A DNA stretch of 35,076 nucleotides from a virus (lineage: Duplodnaviria > Heunggongvirae > Uroviricota > Caudoviricetes): the IMG/VR virus record IMGVR_UViG_2606217118_000004; one strand, given 5' to 3'. The translations under genes and the position numbers were made by a program. Shown here piece by piece: positions 27,237-35,076 of the stretch (within the stretch, counting starts at the first letter, position 1; every line of letters begins with the position of its first letter). The notes under the pieces were generated by a model. That model made no database searches. It saw nothing but the letters and a program-made list of their open reading frames with translations, and had not been told where the DNA came from.

Positions 27237-27967
27237 GACAGCAGTCCTCTGGCCTTAAGCTCTGCACCCTGCTGGTCTATTTTGTCCTGCCACACCTTGC
27301 GCTGTGCCGGTGTGCCTGCCACCTCATAATCCATGTGCGGGAGTGTTGCCGCTGACAGTCCGGTCAGCCGGAGAACCGGCTCGCCGGTGAGGCTGATTTG
27401 CATCTGTTTAATTTTCTGTTCCAGCGATGATTTCACCTGCTGCATGACAGCCTTTTCCGGTGCGACGTAGCCCTGATGGCCGGTGGTGTTGGCGAGCGGA
27501 TTTTCCTGTACCAGAATGCTCAGATGCATTGCCCGGACAAGCGCCTCACAGGTTTCATTCAGGGCGTGTTCCAGCTCATGCTCTGCATACAGACTCAGAA
27601 GGTGATAATGTGCCTTCCGGTAGGCGGTGGCCGTGCTGTCACACGCCCCTTTCAGGCGTTCACGTTCGAAATTCAGCACCACGGCCAGATTGTCATATTC
27701 CTGTACCAGCTCCCGGCGTGCCACGCGCTCAATGTGGCGCTGTTTCAGCTCGTCGCTCAGGACACCACCGGCTGCACGAAAGGCCGTGCGCCAGTCGTCA
27801 GCGTCGTTTCCGTCGGCCTGCGTCAGCGCATTTTTTTCCTGCTCTGCCCGTTCAATGGCCGTGACGGTCTCATCCATCAGGCGGGCGTTCTCAAGGTGGG
27901 CGGCTCTGGCCTTTTCCAGTTGTGCCAGTGCGGGTTGCAGATATTCAGGGATGGTGTTGTCAGACAT
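27233..27967 (-). CDS. sid: Capsid size determination protein Sid
   Basis: Track 27233..28033; the internal ATG at 27967 (MSDNTIPEY...) has a GAGGAG RBS and gives 244 aa, the P4 Sid size. Confidence 0.75.
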   Translation of the reverse strand: MSDNTIPEYLQPALAQLEKARAAHLENARLMDETVTAIERAEQEKNALTQADGNDADDWRTAFRAAGGVLSDELKQRHIERVARRELVQEYDNLAVVLNFERERLKGACDSTATAYRKAHYHLLSLYAEHELEHALNETCEALVRAMHLSILVQENPLANTTGHQGYVAPEKAVMQQVKSSLEQKIKQMQISLTGEPVLRLTGLSAATLPHMDYEVAGTPAQRKVWQDKIDQQGAELKARGLLS

Positions 27968-28039
27968 TTTCCGGCTCCTCGTCACTTCAGGTTGAGAAAA
28001 TTGTGACGTACACCGGACAGCAACACGACGCATTGCAGA

Positions 28040-28057
28040 TGTGCCAGCCCTGACACA
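28040..28057. promoter_or_regulatory. TGT-N12-ACA dyad (TGTGCCAGCCCTGACACA), candidate Delta/Ogr site of the sid late promoter
   Basis: Dyad lies ~80 bp upstream of the sid start, consistent with a -55 activator site. Confidence 0.45.
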
Positions 28058-28136
28058 GGAGACTCATCCTCAGACCGGCAAGCCAGGAAAAGGTCGCAGG
28101 AAAAACCGGCTTACTGTTTGTTTTTTTATATTTTAC

Positions 28137-28240
28137 TGTTCACCTCTGTTCACCTTAAGAAAAAAGATAAGTAATACAGTAAGTTAAAGGGTGAACAATC
28201 GCAGTAATGACTGTTCACCGTCTGTTCACCACTGTTCACC
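28137..28240. repeat. Cluster of six TGTTCACC octamer iterons (one inverted); candidate satellite ori
   Basis: Octamers at about 28137, 28147, 28190 (inverted), 28212, 28223 and 28233; the same octamer recurs in the crr repeats after alpha. Confidence 0.55.
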
Positions 28241-28566
28241 CGTTGATGGGCTTTTTGTGCTGTTTATTACTTTTTATTTTTATTAATTCACTGAAATAAA
28301 TAAGAAAAAACAATTTGTATTTCACTATAATTTTTTCCAGCTCCTTCCAGAGCGTTTTAAAGCTATCTGGCGCTAATGTACAAAAAATACACAGCCATTG
28401 TAAGGCTGCCGGAACAAATCCCCCCTGTTGCGTCTGCTGAAAATATTCACAAAATAAAGCGCTACCCGAAGCCGGACGGACTTATCCGGTGCTGTATGGA
28501 CATTAACGAGGTAGCCCGATGCAAGCTGTTTTTTCTTCCCCGTCTCCCGCCCCTGTGACGCCACTG

Positions 28567-28785
28567 ATGCCGCTGCCGGACATCACACAGGAGCGTTTTT
28601 TACGTCTTCCGGAAGTGATGCACCTGTGCGGCCTGTCACGCTCGACCATCTATGAACTCATCCGTAAGGGGGAATTTCCGCCGCAGGTGAGTCTTGGCGG
28701 TAAAAATGTGGCCTGGCTGCACTCTGAAGTCACTGCATGGATGGCCGGGCGCATTGCCGGACGCAAACGGGGGTACGACGCATGA
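28567..28785 (+). CDS. alpA: AlpA-family helix-turn-helix regulator (excisionase-like)
   Basis: Track 28519..28785; ...[51 protein letters not shown] is typical of AlpA-type proteins. Confidence 0.7.
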   Translation: MPLPDITQERFLRLPEVMHLCGLSRSTIYELIRKGEFPPQVSLGGKNVAWLHSEVTAWMAGRIAGRKRGYDA

Positions 28786-28878
28786 TGATGCCCGCTCTGC
28801 AAAAACTCCCTTTTTCTGGCTTGCCTTTTTCCGGCATTTGCGGATATAGTTTTTCCGCTGCCGCAAAATCGGCAGCCG

Positions 28879-29173
28879 GGCGTGAGAACCCGAGCAATCT
28901 AACGGCGACATATGACGCGCCATGCGTCTTTTTTTGTGTCGCAATCAACGCCACAGAGCGCCAGATTATGGTGTGGTGTGTGGTCAGTCGTGCAGATGGC
29001 ATTCCGTGCATCCTGCCCGCGTCCGCTCATTATGCCGCAGAGTCAATGGTAGCTCAGGCGGGGCAGCCTCCGGGCTGGCCGGTATCCGTTAGAGCCGGTA
29101 TTCTCACCCCCGTCTGGGCTATCGCCATCGAGCGTGAGAACTCCGGCGATAGCGTAACCTGCTATCTAACGGA
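28879..29173 (+). ncRNA. Candidate P4-type RNA immunity region: direct repeats (seqA/seqC-like) flanking a complementary segment (seqB/CI-RNA-like)
   Basis: GCGTGAGAAC...ATCTAACGG occurs at ~28879-28904 and ~29133-29173, and CCGTTAGAG...TTCTCAC at ~29086-29108 is largely complementary to them. The long ORF over this region looks spurious. Confidence 0.3.
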
Positions 29174-29183
29174 GGCTGCCATC

Positions 29184-29381
29184 ATGGCTACAACCCTTAC
29201 CCCCTCACACCCTGAATTTGTCTTTGTGTTTGCGGCTGTCCGTCGCGCAGACCGTCATCCCCGTATCTGTATGCTTCGCACCGTCGCCGGTGATGAACGC
29301 AGCGCCCGCCGTTCCCTTGTCCGTGACTATGTGCTCTCCCTTGCTGCCCGTCTGCCGGTGGTGGAGGTGTCCCGTGCGTAA
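29184..29381 (+). CDS. Small hypothetical protein of the satellite early operon (65 aa)
   Basis: ATG with a GGAGG RBS ([12 protein letters not shown]...). The ORF track extends this frame to 28737, but that upstream part has no start signal and covers the RNA-repeat region. Confidence 0.45.
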   Translation: MATTLTPSHPEFVFVFAAVRRADRHPRICMLRTVAGDERSARRSLVRDYVLSLAARLPVVEVSRA

Positions 29382-29661
29382 TAAAAAAGCCCCTCAGACC
29401 GTCTCAGCGCGTCATGACGCCCGTGAACACCTCAGCATTGAGGCTTACCATAAGCTCAACCGCGCCAGCGCCGTATCCCAGTTTGTTGGGGGTGATTTGA
29501 TTCACCGTGAACTCTCCGGCCTGCATCAGCTCTACATTCCGCATATTTTCAGCTACCTGAATGAAGATATTGATTTTGTGCTGAATGAGCTGAAAGCCAA
29601 AGGCCTGTGCCGCGATTTTCTCGCCCAGCAGAAAGACCGGGGAGACAGGACGCATGTTTGA
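29374..29661 (+). CDS. Small hypothetical early protein (~95 aa), possibly the epsilon-position gene
   Basis: GTG start with GGAGG 6 nt upstream, overlapping the previous stop; the track lists a longer version from 29218. Epsilon assignment is by position only. Confidence 0.35.
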   Translation: MRNKKAPQTVSARHDAREHLSIEAYHKLNRASAVSQFVGGDLIHRELSGLHQLYIPHIFSYLNEDIDFVLNELKAKGLCRDFLAQQKDRGDRTHV

Positions 29662-30109
29662 TTTTCCCCAGCCCGGTGAGATTTACCGTTCTGCCGGTTT
29701 TCCCGATGTGGCCGTGGTCGGCATTCTGGAAGACGGTATTCCGTGGGAAATGCCGTACCGCTGTCCGGAAATTGTCTGGAACCCGTACCGCCGAAAATTC
29801 AGTATCCTTGTGCGTATCCTCACTGACGGGCGCACCACAGACATCCCGCTGGGGCGTTTTCTGCGGGAATTTACCTGTGACCGTCCTGACCTGTTCAGAC
29901 GCAGCCCCGTAAACCGGCATGCGGTACTGAAAGAAATGGCCGGAGACCCGGAATTACAGAAATGGCGGGAGAAATATCTGGATATTTACCCGCAGGACAC
30001 TGTTCCGGCCAGCCGGGCGGCACCGGTGGCGCGGGAATGGCGGGAAATTCCCCGCACGGAGCCTGACCCGGAAATCACCCCGGATAACAGTTACCGCAAT
30101 TATCTGTAA
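29654..30109 (+). CDS. Hypothetical early protein (151 aa)
   Basis: Overlaps the preceding ORF end by 8 nt; length matches the orf151 I recall in P4 upstream of alpha. Confidence 0.5.
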   Translation: MFDFPQPGEIYRSAGFPDVAVVGILEDGIPWEMPYRCPEIVWNPYRRKFSILVRILTDGRTTDIPLGRFLREFTCDRPDLFRRSPVNRHAVLKEMAGDPELQKWREKYLDIYPQDTVPASRAAPVAREWREIPRTEPDPEITPDNSYRNYL

Positions 30110-30244
30110 TTAAAAAACGACACCCGAAAAATTAAATGTGCGTATTCGCGCAGGGATACGCACGTCTTCAGGAGACGCAGATATGCCTTATCAGTTAATG
30201 CAACCGGCACGGAATGCAGTCATCTGTCACAGGGAGGAAAACAA

Positions 30245-30565
30245 ATGAAAACACCCTTACCGCCCGTCTTACGCGCTGCCCTTTACCGTCGCGCTGTCGC
30301 CTGTGCCTGGCTGACCGTGTGCGAACGTCAGCACCGCTACCCGCATCTCACCCTTGAATCACTGGAGGCGGCCATCGCCGCTGAGCTGGAGGGCTTTTAT
30401 CTGCGCCAGCACGGTGAGGAAAAAGGGCGTCAGATAGCCTGTGCCCTGCTGGAAGATTTAATGGAATCCGGCCCCCTGAAGGCCGCGCCGTCGCTGTCCT
30501 TTCTCGGGCTGGTTGTGATGGATGAACTCTGTGCCCGTCACATAAAAGCGCCGGTACTGCACTGA
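30245..30565 (+). CDS. Hypothetical early protein (106 aa)
   Basis: ORF immediately upstream of alpha. Confidence 0.5.
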
Positions 30566-30579
30566 AGGAGAACAACACC

Positions 30580-32913
30580 ATGAAAATGAACGTAACCGCC
30601 ACCGTCAGCCATGCGCTCGGCCACTGGCCGCGTATTCTCCCGGCGCTGGGGATTCAGGTGCTGAAGAACCGTCATCAGCCCTGTCCGGTCTGTGGCGGGA
30701 GTGACCGTTTCCGTTTTGATGACAGGGAGGGGCGCGGCACCTGGTACTGCAATCAGTGTGGTGCCGGTGACGGCCTGAAACTGGTTGAAAAGGTGTTTGG
30801 TGTTTCCCCGTCCGACGCGGCCACAAAGGTGGCAGCCGTGACCGGCAGCCTGCCCCCGGCTGACCCGGTAGTGACGGCTGCCGCCGGTGCTGAAACAGAC
30901 GCTGCCCGGAAGAACGCCGCCGCACTGGCACAAACCCTGATGGCGAAAACCCGTCCCGGAACCGGTAACGCCTACCTGACCCGCAAGGGCTTTCCCGGCC
31001 GGGAATGCCGGATGCTGACCGGCACACACAGAGCCGGTGGCGTGAGCTGGCGTGCCGGTGACCTTGTGGTGCCACTGTATGACGACAGCGGCGAACTGGT
31101 TAACCTTCAGTTAATCAGTGCTGACGGCCGTAAGCGCACCCTGAAAGGCGGACAGGTCAGGGGCACCTGTCACACCCTTGAAGGACAGAATCAGGCCGGG
31201 AAACGTCTGTGGATAGCGGAGGGATACGCGACCGCACTTACCGTGCATCACCTGACCGGTGAAACGGTGATGGTGGCGCTTTCTTCCGTGAATCTCCTTT
31301 CTCTGGCCAGCCTTGCCCGGCAGAAGCATCCGGCCTGTCAGATTGTCCTTGCTGCTGACCGTGACCTCAGCGGTGACGGCCAGAAAAAAGCCGCCGCAGC
31401 CGCAGATGCGTGTGAAGGTGTTGTTGCCCTGCCGCCGGTCTTCGGTGACTGGAATGATGCCTTCACGCAGTACGGCGGGGAAGCCACCCGTAAGGCCATT
31501 TATGATGCCATCCGGCCACCGGCTGAAAGCCCGTTCGACACCATGAGCGAAGCGGAGTTTTCCGCCATGAGTACCAGCGAAAAGGCCATGCGTATCTATG
31601 AGCATTACGGCGAGGCGCTCGCGGTCGATGCCAACGGCCAGCTTCTGTCCCGCTATGAAAATGGTGTCTGGAAGGTGCTGCCGCCACAGGACTTTGCCCG
31701 GGATGTGGCCGGGCTGTTTCAGCGTCTGCGCGCGCCGTTCTCCTCCGGGAAGGTGGCCTCCGTGGTGGACACCCTGAAGCTGATTATTCCGCAGCAGGAA
31801 GCCCCCTCCCGCCGCCTGATTGGCTTTCGTAACGGCGTGCTCGACACGCAGAACGGCACGTTCCACCCGCACAGTCCGTCACACTGGATGCGCACCCTGT
31901 GCGATGTGGATTTCACCCCGCCGGTGGACGGTGAAACGCTGGAGACCCACGCCCCCGCGTTCTGGCGCTGGCTTGACCGTGCCGCCGGTGGCCGTGCGGA
32001 AAAACGCGACGTGATTCTGGCCGCACTGTTTATGGTGCTGGCAAACCGCTACGACTGGCAGCTCTTTCTGGAGGTGACCGGTCCCGGCGGCAGCGGCAAA
32101 AGTATCATGGCCGAAATAGCCACCCTGCTGGCCGGGGAGGATAACGCCACGTCGGCCACCATCGAGACGCTGGAATCCCCGCGTGAACGTGCCGCGTTAA
32201 CTGGCTTCTCACTGATACGCCTGCCGGACCAGGAAAAATGGAGCGGCGACGGTGCCGGACTCAAGGCCATCACCGGCGGCGATGCGGTGTCCGTTGACCC
32301 GAAATACCGGGATGCATACTCCACGCATATCCCGGCGGTGATTCTGGCCGTGAACAATAACCCGATGCGCTTCACCGACCGCAGCGGCGGCGTGTCACGC
32401 CGGCGGGGGATTATTCACTTCCCGGAACAGATAGCCCCGCAGGAGCGCGACCCGCAGCTTAAGGACAAAATCACCCGCGAGCTGGCGGTCATCGTGCGTC
32501 ACCTGATGCAGAAGTTCAGCGACCCGATGCTCGCCCGGTCACTGCTTCAGTCCCAGCAGAACTCAGACGAGGCGCTGAACATCAAACGGGATGCCGACCC
32601 GACGTTTGATTTTATCGGCTATCTGGAAACCCTGCCGCAGACCAGCGGCATGTATATGGGGAACGCCAGTATCATCCCGCGTAATTACCGTAAATACCTC
32701 TATCACGCCTATCTGGCCTACATGGAGGCAAACGGCTACCGGAATGTACTCAGTCTGAAAATGTTCGGGCTGGGGCTGCCGGTGATGCTGAAGGAATACG
32801 GACTGAATTACGAGAAGCGCCATACCAAACAGGGGATACAGACCAACCTGACACTGAAAGAGGAAAGCTACGGCGACTGGCTGCCAAAATGTGACGACCC
32901 TGCAACAGCCTGA
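30580..32913 (+). CDS. alpha: Alpha primase-helicase (replication protein)
   Basis: 777 aa, the P4 alpha size; N-terminal zinc-binding motif CPVCGG...CNQCG, Walker A GPGGSGKS in the C-terminal half. Confidence 0.9.
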   Translation: MKMNVTATVSHALGHWPRILPALGIQVLKNRHQPCPVCGGSDRFRFDDREGRGTWYCNQCGAGDGLKLVEKVFGVSPSDAATKVAAVTGSLPPADPVVTAAAGAETDAARKNAAALAQTLMAKTRPGTGNAYLTRKGFPGRECRMLTGTHRAGGVSWRAGDLVVPLYDDSGELVNLQLISADGRKRTLKGGQVRGTCHTLEGQNQAGKRLWIAEGYATALTVHHLTGETVMVALSSVNLLSLASLARQKHPACQIVLAADRDLSGDGQKKAAAAADACEGVVALPPVFGDWNDAFTQYGGEATRKAIYDAIRPPAESPFDTMSEAEFSAMSTSEKAMRIYEHYGEALAVDANGQLLSRYENGVWKVLPPQDFARDVAGLFQRLRAPFSSGKVASVVDTLKLIIPQQEAPSRRLIGFRNGVLDTQNGTFHPHSPSHWMRTLCDVDFTPPVDGETLETHAPAFWRWLDRAAGGRAEKRDVILAALFMVLANRYDWQLFLEVTGPGGSGKSIMAEIATLLAGEDNATSATIETLESPRERAALTGFSLIRLPDQEKWSGDGAGLKAITGGDAVSVDPKYRDAYSTHIPAVILAVNNNPMRFTDRSGGVSRRRGIIHFPEQIAPQERDPQLKDKITRELAVIVRHLMQKFSDPMLARSLLQSQQNSDEALNIKRDADPTFDFIGYLETLPQTSGMYMGNASIIPRNYRKYLYHAYLAYMEANGYRNVLSLKMFGLGLPVMLKEYGLNYEKRHTKQGIQTNLTLKEESYGDWLPKCDDPATA

Positions 32914-32920
32914 CCCACCT

Positions 32921-32946
32921 GACCGGCATCTGCCGGTCTTTTTTTA
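32921..32946 (+). terminator. Intrinsic terminator after alpha
   Basis: GACCGGCA-TC-TGCCGGTC hairpin followed by seven T residues. Confidence 0.5.
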
Positions 32947-32960
32947 TCCCTGAATTCCCC

Positions 32961-33264
32961 GAAGGTGAACAATCCACTGTTCACCCTTCACCGTATATTC
33001 ACCCGTTATCACACTGAAATTAAAAGAGAAAAACGAAAGGTGAACAGTGTGAACAATCAAATCAAAAAAAACTTTTTTCTCCCTGTGTGATTTCAGCACG
33101 GGGGATTAATCACCGGTATGAGTCACACCGGCAGAATGCCGGAGGTGAAGAATCGAATGTTCACCCTTCACCCATTATTCACCACCTATCCAACTGAAAT
33201 AAAAGGAGAAAACAGAAAGGTGAACAGTGTGAACAGTTCTTTCGAAAAAAAATTTTTTTCCTGT
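32961..33264. repeat. crr-like cis replication region: two ~125-bp direct repeats carrying TGTTCACC/GGTGAACA octamers
   Basis: Repeat 1 ~32961-33086 and repeat 2 ~33141-33264 share long blocks (GGTGAA..TGTTCACCCTTCACC..ACTGAAAT.AAAAG.GAAAA..GAAAGGTGAACAGTGTGAACA) and lie directly after alpha as in P4. Confidence 0.7.
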
Positions 33265-33322
33265 ACGATATAGCATCAATCCAAGTAAAAATGCGCTTTC
33301 ATTTCACATTAACTTACAGCTA

Positions 33323-33344
33323 TTGGTATACGATTAGGTATACG
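33323..33344. repeat. Third copy of the TTGGTATACG-N-TTAGGTATACG motif; candidate integrase arm-type site at the right end of the satellite
   Basis: TTGGTATACGATTAGGTATACG closely resembles the repeat at 22673-22694. Confidence 0.3.
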
Positions 33345-33397
33345 TACAAAAACTGAATTAAACAAAATCATTAAAAATCAAAGCAATACAATATTTA

Positions 33398-33420
33398 TTC
33401 AAACTCCGCCAGCCCAATCA
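33398..33420 (+). other. Degenerate att-core-like sequence; tentative right boundary of the satellite
   Basis: TTCAAACTCCGCCAGCCCAATCA matches 17 of 23 ungapped positions of the ssrA core 3' end and lies just past crr and the arm-type repeat. Confidence 0.3.
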
Positions 33421-33546
33421 TGATTGGACGGTGTAAGGACTACACCAACAAAAACAGGAAGTTATAAGTCTCAGCAGGACACCGACCAGACGGTGAGGAG
33501 ACAAAAAAGGATACGCAACGGAGTCGCGACTCCCTATGACATTAAA

Positions 33547-33568
33547 GCCCGCTGATGCGGGCTTTTTT
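33547..33568 (+). terminator. Intrinsic terminator in host flank
   Basis: GCCCGC-TGAT-GCGGGC hairpin followed by TTTTTT, preceded by AAA (could act in both directions). Confidence 0.5.
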
Positions 33569-33999
33569 ATTGGTCCTGACCCGCCCTGAATAGAATTCAT
33601 CCAATTACAGTCCAGACATATACAGTATCCCTCAGCTCAGTATCAGCTTCTCGACAAATGGTCACTGTTATTTACCCGTTGCCAGAAAGAGAATAATTTG
33701 CCCCCATAGCCAGCCTTCCCGGAATCTGTATATTCATTAATATTGTTATCGATTCCATCAAGTAACATAGGTTGGATGCGATTGATCTTACTCACATTAG
33801 TCGACACGGAACTCAGTAAGTTGAACTCTGGAAAAGCAGTTTAAATAGCATTTAAACAAATGCCACCAGTTCGAAAAAGAGTATAAGCACACTTAATATA
33901 TTGTTTTAATTATTCATTTCCTTTCAACCCAATTCTTATCCCTCACATTATTTGTTATTAATTTGTTGTTTTTGATCGCAATAAGAAAACAATATGTAA

Positions 34000-35076
<1,077 letters not shown>

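Larger units (their letters stand above)
22561..33420. mobile_element. P4-like phage satellite, apparently complete (int, hotspot cargo, cos, psu-delta-sid, ori, alpA, early ORFs, alpha, crr)
   Basis: Bounded by the ssrA core copy on the left and a degenerate core-like copy on the right; complete P4 gene set in P4 order. Confidence 0.8.

Noticed and set aside
28376-28558. 60-aa plus-strand ORF upstream of alpA (possible kil-like early gene)
   Set aside because: No recognisable motif or convincing ribosome-binding site, and it overlaps the proposed alpA 5' region; kept as unresolved rather than called.
28737-29183. Upstream part of the 214-aa ORF (and the 93- and 102-aa minus ORFs) across the satellite early leader
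   Set aside because: GC-rich open frames without start signals covering the repeat/complement elements that look like an RNA-based immunity region; only the 3' 65 codons with a strong ribosome-binding site were kept.
30538-31872. Minus-strand ORFs 30538..31029, 30605..31075 and 31111..31872
   Set aside because: Antisense to the 777-aa alpha primase-helicase gene, which has clear zinc-finger and Walker A motifs.
32961-33264. Direct repeats after alpha as a possible CRISPR array
   Set aside because: Only two ~125-bp copies, far longer than CRISPR repeats, with internal iterons and no cas genes; fits the crr replication element instead.
33418-33600. 60-aa minus-strand ORF in the satellite/host junction
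   Set aside because: Overlaps the degenerate att copy and a terminator hairpin, with no start signal; likely non-coding.

Overview
The window reads as an Escherichia-type chromosome segment holding two temperate elements co-integrated at the tmRNA (ssrA) attachment site, followed by the host gene csiD/glaH. All calls rest on reading the sequence and ORF track, plus motif and gene-order recognition from memory; no database search was run. (1) Positions 1-22560 are the right-hand ~22.5 kb of a P2/186-like myophage prophage: tail fibre H (partial), baseplate I-J-W-V, tail completion S-R, lysis cassette (lysC/lysB/lysA/K/Y), X, L, M, N, O on the minus strand; terminase P and portal Q on the plus strand; a cos-like site; replication gene A; a Dam-type methyltransferase; a TraR/DksA zinc finger; a 186-type CII/Apl/CI switch; and a tyrosine integrase. 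(2) Positions 22561-33420 are an apparently complete P4-like phage satellite (~10.9 kb): P4-type integrase, canonical P2/P4 cos, psu-delta-sid, six ori-like TGTTCACC iterons, AlpA, small early ORFs, alpha primase-helicase and a crr-like pair of direct repeats. The most interesting content is three visibly AT-rich cargo loci sitting where P2-like phages and P4-like satellites carry variable anti-phage genes: a standalone SIR2-like (ThsA-type NADase motifs) gene between cos and gene A; an unknown membrane-anchored protein between the prophage integrase and attR; and a translationally coupled DUF262 (ParB-like) + HEPN operon between the satellite integrase and cos. The last is the strongest candidate for an undescribed defence system. 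Other observations include a consensus LexA box driving a small Tum/DinI-like operon, P4-type immunity-RNA repeats, and late-promoter TGT-N12-ACA dyads. No CRISPR array, rRNA or complete tRNA was seen. Motif coordinates may be off by 1-2 nt.
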